Shown here: positions 17,116 to 30,318 of the stretch, piece after piece
How the letters are laid out: every line of letters starts with the position of its first letter
Numbering within the stretch: the stretch's first letter is position 1
Assembly (NCBI GenBank): GCA_964016885.1
Contig: OZ024740.1
Location: 313,658,001 to 313,722,000 of the forward strand
Length of the DNA: 64,000 nucleotides
Reading direction: 5' to 3'
Source: Eledone cirrhosa
Taxonomy: Eukaryota
The notes under the pieces: model-generated
What the model was told of the DNA's origin: nothing
The model's input: the letters and a program-made list of their open reading frames with translations, nothing else
Databases searched by the model: none
Made by a program: the position numbers and the translations under genes

Positions 17116-18939
17116 AGAATATAGTAATGGTAAGAATGGTCATCGTGTTGGTAGTAGTGACAGTGACGTTAATGAGGAAGGGGTGATGGTAGTGGTGGCA
17201 GTATTGGTTGAGAAATCGTGATAGTGGTGGTGGTGGTGTTGGTGGTGATGGCAGTGGTGGTGGTGATGGTGATGGAGATGGAAATAGTGGTGGTAGTTGT
17301 AGTGGTGGTGATGGTCGTGGTGGTGGTGTTGGTGGTGATGGTGATGGTGGTGGTAGTTGTAGTGGTGGTGATGGTCGTGGTGGTGGTGTTGGTGGTGATG
17401 GTTGTGGTGGTGGTGATGGTGATGGAGATGGAAATAGTGGTGGTAGTTGTAGTGGTGGTGATGGTCGTGGTGGTGGTGTTGGTGGTGATGGTTGTGGTGG
17501 TGGTGATGGTGATGGAGATGGAAATAGTGGTGGTAGTTGTAGTGGTGGTGATGGTCGTGGTGGTGGTGTTGGTGGTGATGGTGATGGTGGTGGTAGTTGT
17601 AGTGGTGGTGATGGTCGTGGTGGTGGTGTTGGTGGCGATGGCAGTGGTGGTGGTGGTGGTGATGGAGATGGAAATAGTGGTGGTAGTTGTAGTGGTGGTG
17701 ATGGTCGTGGTGGTGGTGTTGGTGGTGATGGTGATGGTGGTGGTAGTTGTAGTGGTGGTGATGGTTGTAGTGGTGGTGATGTTGGTGGTGATGGTTGTGG
17801 TGGTGGTGATGGTGATGGAGATGGAAATAGTGGTGGTAGTTATAGTGGTGGTGATGGTCGTGGTGGTGGTGTTGGTGGTGATGGTTGTGGTGGTGGTAGT
17901 TGTAGTGGTGGTGATGGTCGTGGTGGTGGTGATGGTGGTGGTGGTGATGGTGGTGGTAGTTGTAGTGGTGGTGATGGTCGTGGTGGTGGTGTTGGTGGTG
18001 ATGGTGATGGTGGTGGTAGTTGTAGTGGTGGTGATGGTTGTAGTGGTGGTGATGTTGGTGGTGATGGTTGTGGTGGTGGTGATGGTGATGGAGATGGAAA
18101 TAGTGGTGGTAGTTGTAGTGGTGGTGATGGTCGTGGTGGTGGTGTTGGTGGTGATGGTGATGGTGGTGGTAGTTGTAGTGGTGGTGATGGTTGTAGTGGT
18201 GGTGATGTTGGTGGTGATGGTTGTGGTGGTGGTGATGGTGATGGAGATGGAAATAGTGGTGGTAGTTGTAGTGGTGGTGATGGTCGTGGTGGTGGTGTTG
18301 GTGGTGATGGTTGTGGTGGTGGTGATGGTGATGGAGATGGAAATAGTGTTGGTAGTTGTAGTGGTGGTGATGGTCGTGGTGGTGGTGATGGTGGTGGTGG
18401 TGATGGTGGTGGTAGTTGTAGTGGTGGTGATGGTCGTGGTGGTGGTGTTGGTGGCGATGGCAGTGGTGGTGGTGGTGGTGATGGAGATGGAAATAGTGGT
18501 GGTAGTTGTAGTGGTGGTGATGGTCGTGGTGGTGGTGTTGGTGGTGATGGTGATGGTGGTGGTAGTTGTAGTGGTGGTGATGGTCGTGGTGGTGGTGTTG
18601 GTGGTGATGGTGAAGGAGATGGAAATAGTGGTGGTCGTTGTGATGAAGCTGGTGGCGGTAGTGGTGATGGTGGCGGTGTCAGTGATGATAGCAGTAGTGG
18701 GTGAGGCGATAGTTATAGTAGCGATGGTGTTGATGGTGTTGGCTATGGTGATGGTCGTGGTCATGTTTCTAGTAGTTGTGGTATTGGTCATTGCAATGGT
18801 GGTAGTTGTAGTTGTGGTTGTGCTAGTTTTTATTGTTGTTTAGATTCAGAACAGCATTGATTGGTCAGATTAATGAACAAAAGCATTCCACCCGTGACCA
18901 TCTCATTCTTCTCCTTATATGTAAGGAACCCAGAACAGT

Positions 18940-20170
18940 GAAAGCGCGGGGCTTAGTTGTTAGGGAATTGTTTTCCTGACTGTAAAGTCATGCACAGGGT
19001 GTCACATGGTGCCATTTGGCAATACACTTCATTTCTCATTGCTTAAGTCCACTCAGCTAAAAATGAGTACCAGCTCTAGCTGCTGAAGGGTATAGTTCAG
19101 ACGAAATAGAGCCCCGTTTAATGGTGACGTCTTGTACTCTCAGTCGCTTACCGCCATATAAAATCATGATAAATTCTGGCATGATGAGTTTCTATGTCCA
19201 AGAACGATTTTAATAAAGCCAAGGACCACATTATCCAACGTATCATTTTCTTAAGATAATTTACTGAGATCTGAGTCATATTTCGTTGCTATTTCTAGCA
19301 AGTCAATCAAGTGTTTATAATGGAACAAGTCTTCATTAAGCAGACCTAAAATCAAAAGCCTGGAGATATTTTTGTATACCTACCTCAACCATGATCCAAT
19401 ATGTGTTCCTCTTTTTAAAGATGATAGTTTGTGGATTGAGAGACGTTCAGCCGCTATTTCTAGTGAGTCCATTGAGGCTCCATATCTGTGTCGTTAATTG
19501 TTGTTGTTATTGTTGTTAGTGAAGGTAATACTGGTGTTGGTAGTGTGGTGTTGCTATGGTCATGGTTAAAATAGGTTAAAGGCGGTGAATTGGCAGAGTC
19601 GTTAGAATGACGGATAGAATACTTTGTGGTATTCATTTCTGATCTTTGAGTTCAAATTTGCCTTTCATCCTTTCAAGGTCGATAAAAAATGTACCAGTCT
19701 AGTACTGGGGTAGATTCTTCCTCTGTATCTCTTTCTCACTTCCATTTTCTCACTCTATTCTTCTCTGGAAGAAATCTTCTGTATTCAGACCTGGAGAAGG
19801 ATGGGCTCCACCAGGTTTTAAAATGCCTTAGAAACTCCGCATGTTAATACGCACCCCCTCCCCACCAACGACACCATCAGGAGTTACGGGATCATGCATG
19901 AATGCATGCAAAATAGGTTAAAGGTAAAGATCTGTCCCAAGCTCGGTGGCTCATCAGTACAGGTCTTATCTCAGTTTCAATGGTGTTACGTGACCGAGAA
20001 TACCCAGTCCATCGCAGAGTTTCCTCCTAGTTGATACTGGTACGTATTTTCAGCTAGGTGGACTGGAATTGCATGAAATGAAATGTCTTGCTTAAGAACA
20101 CAATGAATCTCCTAGGCTAGAAACAGAACCTACGTCATTACGACCATAAGACCAACACTCTACCAACTAA
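18940..20170. mobile_element. Decayed SINEs: CORE-like 18940-19200+, Meta-like 19580-19890+, CORE-like 19920-20170-
   Basis: tRNA-like heads; similar to better copies at 26560, 44610 and 5960. Confidence 0.6.
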
Positions 20171-20175
20171 ATCGT

Positions 20176-21084
20176 CAGAGGATGGAGAGGAAAATTACTG
20201 AGGGTTAGAAGGAACGGGGAAGACGGAACAGGAAAGAGGAATTGTAGGTGACTTCTGGCAAGGTACATATTCCACACACACACACACGCATGAACACACA
20301 TACACACACATACACACAAACACACGCATGAACACACACACACACATACACATAGACACACACCAACACACGCATGAACACACACACACAAACACACGCC
20401 ACAGACACACCCACCCCGCCACAGACACCCAAACACACCACTCACACAGACTCACAGACACACACAAACACACGACACACTGACACACAGACACACACAT
20501 ACACACACACACACACGCGCGACTCAGTGACTCGCAGACACACACATACACAAACACAGACACCACACATACAATCACACTCACGCACACACATACGCAT
20601 GTACGCACACAACCACACACAACAGACTCACGCACACACACACACACTCATACCACACATACAAACATTCTCTCTATCTCCCCCCACCCCCCCCCCCCCC
20701 TCTCTCCCCCTCCCCCTCTCTCTCTGTCACACAGCTTATGTCAGTGGTTGTTCTTTGTGGGTTGATAGACTTTCTGTTCAATTTCCACGAGGTACTTGTT
20801 AACGTTGGACGAGCTAACTTTACGCCTTCGATCGTCCCAAATCAGCGTCTGTATGCGTGTTTGTATGTGTGGTGCGTTTATGTGTATTTGATATGTGTGT
20901 GTGTATGTGTGTGTGTTTTTATGTGTGGTGTGTTTATGTGTATTTGATGTGTGTGTGTGTGTGTGTGTATGTGCGTGTATGAAACTTGCACTTTGCCAGA
21001 AGTCACCTCCAATTCCTCTTCTTTTCCTCTATTCCATCTAACAGGCCTTCCAAATCCTTTGAGGGTTTTCTCTCCATCCTCTAG
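20176..21084. mobile_element. MITE/fold-back-like element with long diverged terminal inverted repeats
   Basis: agaggatggagag...gaggaattgtaggtgacttctggcaa at the left is the reverse complement of ttgccagaagtcacctccaattcctc...ctctccatcctct at the right; CA/TG tracts are mirrored inside. Confidence 0.6.
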
Positions 21085-21085
21085 C

Positions 21086-21356
21086 TTTGGAAATCATGTG
21101 ATCAGTTTGAAGACTTATTTTGGGTGGGGTGCACGAAGCCCTGATTTAAGCCCCCCCCCAGATTCCTCTCTTGGGGCTCTCTAAAGGATTGGGTATATGT
21201 CAACAACACCAAAATTATCACTGAACTAAGGGGAAACATCAGGGAGGAAATCAGAGCTATCCCAGCTCTGTATTTAATGATGTTATGCTAAACCACACCA
21301 TGCGCCTCGAAAAATACATGGATTCAAATGGGGATCACTTAAAACATGTGATGTAA
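21086..21356 (+). pseudogene. Tc1/mariner-superfamily transposase C-terminal remnant
   Basis: FGNHVISLKT..WGARSPDLSPP, then (frameshift) WGSLKDWVYVNNTKIITELRGNIREEI...NGDHLKHVM*, matching the WPxRSPDLxPxDFFLWGxLK motif. Confidence 0.75.
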
Positions 21357-21459
21357 CTCAGGGTAAAATCATCAAAAGATGGTGAATTTTTTATATATTG
21401 TTTCAAATGGTTTGATATAAATATATTCTGAGTTTCATCAGTTCTTATCAAAAAATAAA

Positions 21460-21650
21460 TAATTGTTTCTACTTTTGGCACAAGGCCAGTAATTATCCCA
21501 GTGCATTACTGGTACTTTATTTTATCGACCCCGTAAGGATGAAAGGCAAAGTTGACCTAGGCGGCATTTGAACTCAGTATGGCAAGGGCCGTAACTCTAT
21601 GCGTCAAAGCATGGCGTCCGATGACCCTCTACCGATACTGCCAATCCATA
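21460..21650 (-). mobile_element. tRNA-derived SINE (Meta-like)
   Basis: Reverse complement of the family consensus. Confidence 0.8.
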
Positions 21651-21730
21651 GACAAAACTATATGTGGGGCCAGATTCTTTACAGTCACTCTGATTACACA
21701 TACATACATATATATGTATATATATATATA

Positions 21731-21794
21731 TGAACAGTGAGTTGTACTGATGAAGGGTGATACCTAGAAACATTAGTGTCTGCAATTCTGTTCA
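21731..21794 (+). ncRNA. Type I hammerhead ribozyme with extended stem I
   Basis: tgaacag tg agttgta CTGATGA agggtgataccta GAAAC attagt GTC tgcaatt ctgttca. Confidence 0.8.
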
Positions 21795-22013
21795 CATGCC
21801 AAAACAAGAGCAAGAATGAAGGGTTCATTCTACTGACATGGCTATAAAATTGAGGCTTGTTTGCATAATTGCAAACGAATCGAATGTTATTATTAATGTT
21901 CGAAAAACTCAGATTATATATATATATAGTTAAATCTTAGACAGTAACAAAAACAGGGAGGCAGTACAAATAGAGGATTATTAGGTTCACGCTTTTGAGA
22001 GCGGGGAGGGGGG

Positions 22014-22042
22014 GACGTTTCAGGGCATAAGCCCCTCATCAG
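22014..22042 (-). ncRNA. Minimal hammerhead core (Penelope-type GAAACGTC); stem I not formed
   Basis: CTGATGA g gggc ttat gccc t GAAAC GTC. Confidence 0.6.
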
Positions 22043-23261
22043 GAGAAAAGTGGGTAGGAAGAGAGTTCCGATGGTGTGTGGGGGAGTGGTGGAAAGACAT
22101 AAAAAACGTGGGGGGGGGGGGGGGGGGGCAGAGAAAAGGGAGGAAAAATGATTTTTTTTAGAAGTACAAATAAAAATAAAAATAAACATAAATGTGTGTA
22201 GGTGTACGTGTGTGTTGTGTGTGTGTGGGTGTGTATGTGAATGTGAGAGTTGGGGGAAGAACGAGGTTCCATGTTCAGGTAAAGGGGAACCGGTGTGTAC
22301 ATGGGGTGGGGGTGTAAGTCGGTGTGTGCGTGCGTGTGGATGGAGAGGGGAGGGGTGGGGGTGGATTACGGAAGCTGAGTGTGTATATGTGGGGATACGC
22401 ACGTGGTGTGGATGTAGGTGGCATGGTTCGAAAAAAAATGTGAGTGTTTGTTCGTGGATATGTTCCTAAAGTAGTTCCGTGGAGTGTGAGACAAGATGTT
22501 GGATATTTCTCATGTTGGATATTTCCACTCTATAGTGGATAGCTGGAACGATGACCGGTGGTGTGAAATCCATTTGTGGTGGTGCGGAAGTTGAGAGATG
22601 TGGGGTGCGCGCGCAACAGGAAGTGGTCAGAGGCTCAAAGCAGGAAGAAGAGATAGCAGTAGAGGAGGATGACAAGTGAAGAAAGGGTCTGTATGTGGTG
22701 TGGACTGTGTGTCTGTGTGTGCGGAGGTGCGGAGGACAGGAGAGAGGATGGGCAGGTGAAAGGTGGAGGGAGAAGGTGGTGGGGTGGGAGTATGGGGTGT
22801 ATATTAGTGGAGGTGTTAGTGGGATGTGTGTGTGTGAAGGGGTGTTGGTGGAACGGGGAGAGGGAGAGGGAGAGAAAAGGTGTAGGGGACGGGGGAGGGA
22901 GTGTGGTGTACTGGTGTGTGTGTGTGCGTGTTTGGATGAGGGTGTGTGTGGTAGAGTGGGTGTTAGTGGGTGTTAGTATTACTGGTGGTGGGGAAAGGGT
23001 TGAGTGCGGGTGTGTAAGTGGGGTTAGTGGTGGTTGGGTGTGTGGAGTGGGTGGTGTACGTAAGTGTGGGTGAGGTTGGGGGGATGTTAGTGATATTAGT
23101 TGTGGGGTGGTCGGAGTGGATGTGTGGGTGAGGGTGAGTTGTGGTAGTAGGGTGTGTGGATAGTGTGAGTGCGTGTAAATATGTACAGGTGGGTGTTTGC
23201 GGGGGGAGGGGGGGATGTTACACACATATGTGTGTGTTTGTGTATGTATATATATATATAA

Positions 23262-23600
23262 AAAAACATGAGAAGAATGAATACTGCGTGGTTGCACATG
23301 GGTTACATATGATAAAAATAGTCCTTCATCAGTGATCTTCCAACCTTCATTGGTATTTCATCGCTTTAAAAATCATATACCTCCCCAGTTGGTGCGAGCA
23401 ATAGCTAAATAAAGCTATTGGCTCAAGTAAATCGCGTAAAGCAAGCGAGACAAGTAAACAAACATAGAAGGATAGCAACGCAAAGATAGGAAAAAACAAG
23501 CACATGGGAGTCCGATCAGCTTAAGCTGTGTAGATTTCATGGGCGAGAGACAACAGACCGTCCAACGTGAGTGAGGTGTGAGCAAGAAAGGGCCCCACGG
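23262..23600 (-). mobile_element. Solo copy of the 519-bp tandem element family (see 49742-50549)
   Basis: Closely similar to 49750-50070; abuts (TA)n; CTGATGA at 23332-23326. Confidence 0.7.
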
Positions 23601-23698
23601 TGAATCTCTCTCCTCTTCTCTCTCCCTCTCTCTATAAATTCCGCGAGAATCGTATTTCGGCGGTAGAAATAAGCGAAACGCAATTTCCGAATCATGCT

Positions 23699-24288
<590 letters not shown>

Positions 24289-24419
24289 GTACTTACGGTA
24301 AATATTGATGCAATTCAAATCAAGCACTCTACGTACTTTTTCCACATAGGAATGACTGAGAATATTTAGAATAAGAAAATGCGAAGTAGCTTCAGATGTT
24401 AAAGTCCTTTATTGATAAA

Positions 24420-24494
24420 GCTGTGATACATATTTCAATGACGACAGTGGCCACGCGATTCCGCGCCCCCCGTACCATGATCTCATCAGGCAGT
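24420..24494 (-). ncRNA. Type I hammerhead ribozyme, slightly degenerate
   Basis: actgc CTGATGA [long stem II region] GAAA t atgt ATC acagc, followed by AATAAA; related to 40858-40913. Confidence 0.55.
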
Positions 24495-24683
24495 TTCTTA
24501 TATAATAAGGTTACGTTCTCGAGGCAATCCTAATTAAAACGACAAGGGAACGTATAAAGATGATATATATATATGTATATATAAAAAATGATTAATATGG
24601 TTCGTTGATTACTCAACGAATACAGTTTTACAGGAATTGAATAATCAAGACCGTAGTGGTATGTCATATATCAAATCATATAT

Positions 24684-24744
24684 TTTGTCTGATGAGGACA
24701 TACTGAAAAAAACAGTACAGTACCTTTGAAATATATATAATAAA
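24684..24744 (+). ncRNA. Type I hammerhead ribozyme
   Basis: tttgt CTGATGA gg..tactg/cagta..ccttt GAAA t atat ATA ataaa; same family as 51420. Confidence 0.6.
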
Positions 24745-24790
24745 GTATATATTTTGATTATGCGAATATTTTTCATTTGTTAACATTTTG

Positions 24791-24835
<45 letters not shown>

Positions 24836-25029
24836 GAGAGAGAGAGAGTGTGTGTGAGTGTATGTGTGTTTTTTAAATGTACTGTCTCACTTCTTTATAA
24901 TATTGACACTCCGGTTGACACCTTATTGATAATACTTTAAGGAACACAAGTCGTGGATTATTTGATCAACCAACTTTCTTCACATATATATATATATTTT
25001 TCTTCGTTTGTTTTATTTGTTTACCACCG

Positions 25030-27310
25030 CCGAGGTTAACTTTGCGTTTCACCCTTACGGGATCGATAAAATAATGTACCAGTAATACACTGGCTAATTA
25101 CTGGCCTTGTGCCAAAAGTAGAAACAATTATTTCTTATAAAAAAAAAAATTAAATTTTCCTTTTGAAAAAAATGTTTGTGTTCTCTTTTGTGTTCGTTCG
25201 TCTTGTTTTCCGTTATCTTCTCTTTGCCAATTTTCCTTCATCCTTACGGGGTCGATAAAATAAAGTACCAGTAATGCACTGGGAAATTGCTGGCCTTGTG
25301 CCAAAAGTAGAAACAATTATTATCAATCTGTGAGGGCGGTGGATTGGCAGTATCGGTAGAGGGTCGGACGCCATGCTTTGCAGCATAGAGTTACGGCTCT
25401 TTATGATCTGAGCTCAAATCCCGCCGAGGTTAACTTTGCCTTTCATCCTTATGGGGTCGATAAAATAAAGTACCAGTCACGCACTGGGGTCGATTTAATC
25501 GACCCCCCCCCCCCCAAAAAAAAAAAATTACTGGCCTTGTGCCTATATAAGAAACCATTATTATTATCAATCTGTGACGAATGCATTCATTCTTCAACTC
25601 CTAATTTCAGTGGACTCTTTACATGCTGTTCTATACACCTTAAGGCGGCGAATTGGCAGAGTCATTAGAACATCGGATACAATGCTTTGTGGTATTCATT
25701 TCTACTTTCTGATCTCTGAGTTCAAAACCTCCCGAGGTTAACTTTACCCCTCATTATATGGAGGTGATGAGTTGGCGGAATCGGTGGAGCGTTGGACAAC
25801 ATGCTTGGCTGCGTGGAGTTACGGCCCTTTACGTCCTGAGTTCAAATCCAGCCGAGGTTAGCTTTGCTTTTCCTCCTTACGGGGTCGATAAAATAAAATA
25901 CCAGTAACGTACTGAGGGCGATTTAATCGACTTTCACTTCCTCCCAAATTGTTGGCCTTGTGCCTAAATCTGAAACTATTATTTCGAGGTCGATAAAAAA
26001 GTTACCTGTCTAGTACTGGGTTCGGTTCTTCCTTTGTATCTCTTTCTACTTCTCTGGAAGAAATCTGCTGAGTTCAAATCTGGTGAGGGGTAGACAGGGT
26101 AGTGTTGGCAGTAGGGAAGGATAAAACTGTGTGAAAGAAGAAGGTGATAGAGGGTGGGAGTGGACATAGTCATAGAATTTTAACTGGTCAGTGGGAGGTA
26201 GGTGATGAGTGTGAGGGTGGATGTATAGGGGTTTAATGAAAAGGTTGGTGGGTTTGGTAGGTTAAAGTGGTGGATGGAATATACATATGTATACAATTAC
26301 ACATGTACATAAATATACAAACATACACACAAACATATCTATACATACATTCATCTAAATCCACATATGCAGGGCTTACACATATGCAAATAAATAAATA
26401 TATAATATATACTCACAAGCAACCTATACTTATAAAAGACATACAAGATATATATGTGTGTTCTTGTGTGTGTGTGTGTGTGGAAAAAATAATCAGGGAT
26501 GCCAGCAACATGAAAATTTGATAGTAAAGTGGCTGCTAGTATATTTGATTCTAAGTCTAAAGTCTGTCATAAGCCAGAAGGCTCATTTGGCCGGTGCTTA
26601 TCCCGGTTTCATGGCGTGAAGCAACTGAGAATACAAGAGTCCCCCCTGGACAGGACGCCAGTCCATCGCAGGGTTATACCACCAGCTATTGCTGGTACTC
26701 ATTTTCAGCTGAGTCTACTGGAGCAACGTGAAATTAAGTGTTTTGCTCAAGAACACGACACGCAACCCAGGAATCGAGCCCACGACATTATGATCGTAAG
26801 TCCAACACTCTGACCACTAGGCCACGTGCCTCCACAGTATATTTGAGTAGCTAAAATAAATTGTATATAGAATCCACCGAGGAGTGACTTTATTCTTCAA
26901 GCTTACTTTGACAACTGATATTTAAGGGCGCTCGATTGGCAGTATCGGTAGAGGGTCGGACGCCATGCTTTGCAGCAAAGAGTTACGGCCCTTTATGGTC
27001 TGAGTTCAAATCCCGCTGAGGTTAACTTTACCTTTCATCCTTACGGGGTCGATAAAATAAAGTACCAGTAATACACTGGAATAATTGCTGGCCTTGTGCC
27101 AAAAGTAGAAACAATTATTAGAGGGTCGTGAATTGGTAGTATCGGTAGAGGGTTGGACGCCATGCTTTCCAGTATAGTTACGTCTCTTTACGGTCTGAGT
27201 TCAAATCCCGTCGAAGTTAACTTTACCATTCATCCTTATGGGGTCGATAAAATAAAGTACCAGTAAGGCACTGGGTAATTGCTGGCCTTGTGCCAAAAGT
27301 AGAAACAATT
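25030..27310. mobile_element. SINE cluster: Meta-like 25030-25130, 25235-25320, 25334-25560, 25645-25980, 26925-27120, 27122-27310 (+); CORE-like 26560-26835 (-)
   Basis: Family motifs; TSD attattatcaatctgtga around 25334-25560. Confidence 0.8.
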
Positions 27311-28082
27311 AATGTATATATAGTAGTATAGGTGATAAACCCAACATGGCGTTACAAATTAAAATAATGGCTATGGAAAATACCAGGGGCGCCTTTATTC
27401 TGAAACACGTTGTGTTACTGCTATCGTTATATATATACAATGTGGGCTTTTTATATGGCAGTAGGACGTAATTTGAGGGAATGCTGCTTGCTATCTCTAG
27501 TAGGTCGAGTGGTAATAAAGAAGCTTCCTTGTTGAATGGTAAGTAGATTAACAATAGATTTAGTGATCACCCACTTAAGTAACTCTTTAACCATTGAAGT
27601 AAATAATCATTAAACTAGTTGAATCGTAAACCAGTGAAGCAATATATTACTTATGTAGCACGTGTGTTAAAACATCTGAAAAATATGTACAGGCAACTGG
27701 GCGTCATTTGGGGAGTTGGTTTCAATTATATTTATGTTAACATGAAGGGCGTAGTTTAACTGAAGGTAAGGTAATATTAATATTTCTTCTGTAAATACAC
27801 AGATAATAGCAACTGATACAGAAGAATCAATGTCTATTCTGCACTATTTTATGTTCCACTGACCAATATATAACACAGACCGCTCTTGTGTTTTTTCGGG
27901 ATTTCTTTTTCTTCTTTTTATCGTTGAAATAAAACAGAGGCCGGACAATGTGGATGTGTTCGTTAGTTATTTGAAATATGGGAATTATCAGAGATGTGCG
28001 AATCACAGAGATATATATTGACGAAATGTATTACGATAAATAAATTCCGAAAATACGAATATGGGAAAGATTTTATATACAT

Positions 28083-28205
<123 letters not shown>

Positions 28206-28231
28206 AATATGTATATATATATATATATATA

Positions 28232-28322
<91 letters not shown>

Positions 28323-28362
28323 ATGTATACATATATATATATATATATATATGTATGTATAC

Positions 28363-28394
<32 letters not shown>

Positions 28395-28396
28395 GA

Positions 28397-28444
<48 letters not shown>

Positions 28445-28464
28445 TCATATATTAACATATATAC

Positions 28465-28501
<37 letters not shown>

Positions 28502-28515
28502 TACACACACACATA

Positions 28516-28524
28516 CACACACTT

Positions 28525-28557
<33 letters not shown>

Positions 28558-28679
28558 CATATATATAAATGCTTGTATATATATTTATATATACGAATAA
28601 ATATTTTTATATATATGGGCAAAGATCGAGAACAGAAAGAGTGTTTGTCGAATGCAGAGATAAAGTACGAGGGAGAAGG

Positions 28680-28718
<39 letters not shown>

Positions 28719-28726
28719 GAATAATC

Positions 28727-28779
<53 letters not shown>

Positions 28780-28814
28780 CATTTATATTTATATATATAT
28801 ATAAATGATTATTC

Positions 28815-28849
<35 letters not shown>

Positions 28850-29013
28850 CCTTCTCCCTCGTACTTTATCTCTGCATTTGACAAACACTCTTTCTGTTCT
28901 CGATCTTTGCCCATATATATAAAAATATTTATTCGTATATATAAATATATATACAAGCATTTATATATATGTATATATATAAATGTGTGTGTGTGTGTGT
29001 GTGTGTAAGTGTG

Positions 29014-29014
<1 letters not shown>
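28516..29014. repeat. Inverted duplication (~220-bp arms) centred on a (TA)n tract
   Basis: gggcaaagatcgagaacagaaag... at 28617 is mirrored at 28890-28912; embedded in TA/CA microsatellites. Confidence 0.85.
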
Positions 29015-29044
<30 letters not shown>

Positions 29045-29053
29045 ATATATATA

Positions 29054-29118
<65 letters not shown>

Positions 29119-29132
29119 AAGTGTGTGTGTAA

Positions 29133-29212
<80 letters not shown>

Positions 29213-29256
29213 TCATATTTATACACATATACATATATATATATGCACACACACAC

Positions 29257-29320
<64 letters not shown>

Positions 29321-29322
<2 letters not shown>

Positions 29323-29509
29323 GTTATTCCGGGTTGAATAGGAGGTAACCACAGTAAGTAAGGTACTCAATACATTGCAGAGTATAAAAGTTTTAATATA
29401 GATGAGATTCTACAGGACTAGAACTGTTTCATTCTTTAGAAATCATTCCTGATGATTTCTAAAGAATGAAACTGTTCTAGTCCTGTAGAATCTCATCTAT
29501 ATTAAAACT
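29321..29509. mobile_element. Hairpin element with hammerhead core at the apex
   Basis: Inverted repeat 29389-29446 / 29452-29509; CTGATGA tttctaaagaat GAAAC tgttcta GTC at 29449-29482; flanked by TA. Confidence 0.7.
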
Positions 29510-30234
29510 ATAGATATATATATATATATATAAATGCATGTATATATATTTATATAAACATATAAATATTAAATATATATATATATATTTAATATTTGTA
29601 TATATATATATATATATACAATGATATTAAATAAATATATATACTTGCATATATATTCATCTATACATATATATTTATAGATGAACAAAGCCTTTCCCAT
29701 ATAGATATATATCCCATCAGTTTTCTTTTGACATTCTATGGTGTTAGGGAGGGGGCTCTGTTTTACACCGTATCCTGAGTAAATACATCTCGCCAGTGCC
29801 CATTCTTTTCGAATTTCATCACGACTGATATCCTTTAGCTAAGTGATTCCCTATGTTCATTGATACATAGCCGTCTACTTTCTTTCCTTGGAAACACGCT
29901 CACCCCTGGCCGCTGATTCCAAAGTCAGAGAAATTCATGATTTTGTGTCAATATAACCCTCTTAGGTCGTTCAGCACTCCAGCTAAGGCGGTAGGTGTCA
30001 GATGTGAGAGTTTTAGGTGGGTGAGTGATAACTGGTGACTCTGTCCACTTCCAAGGTTTGCACTCGTCAGACATCAAACGTTACTACTCCAACCGAAAGC
30101 ACCTTAAACCTCAGTATTGAAATAACTTTTCCCAAATTCCTTTACTCTCTTTTCAAAGCAACAGTAGATAACAGTAGATAACCTTATAATCAAGCACAAT
30201 CAGAATCTGAAGCGATTCTGGTTTTTCTTGATTA

Positions 30235-30318
30235 ATGATGAGTAGATTGTGGCTCGAGTCGGGTCCATAACACTAATATGGGTCCTGAGCCACCCAGCTG
30301 TGAAACGTTCGTAACAGC
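30235..30318 (+). ncRNA. Decayed hammerhead-like motif with long stem II
   Basis: aTGATGA, gtggctc/gagccac and gggtccata/tatgggtcc stems, GAAAC gttc GTA acagc, then AATAAA; stem I not paired. Confidence 0.45.

Larger units (their letters stand above)
14341..18840. repeat. (GGT)-based compound mini/microsatellites
   Basis: GGT/AGT/GAT triplet arrays with longer composite units in 17220-18640. Confidence 0.9.

Noticed and set aside
22420-22675. Possible LINE C-terminal coding remnant
   Set aside because: No diagnostic motif recognised.
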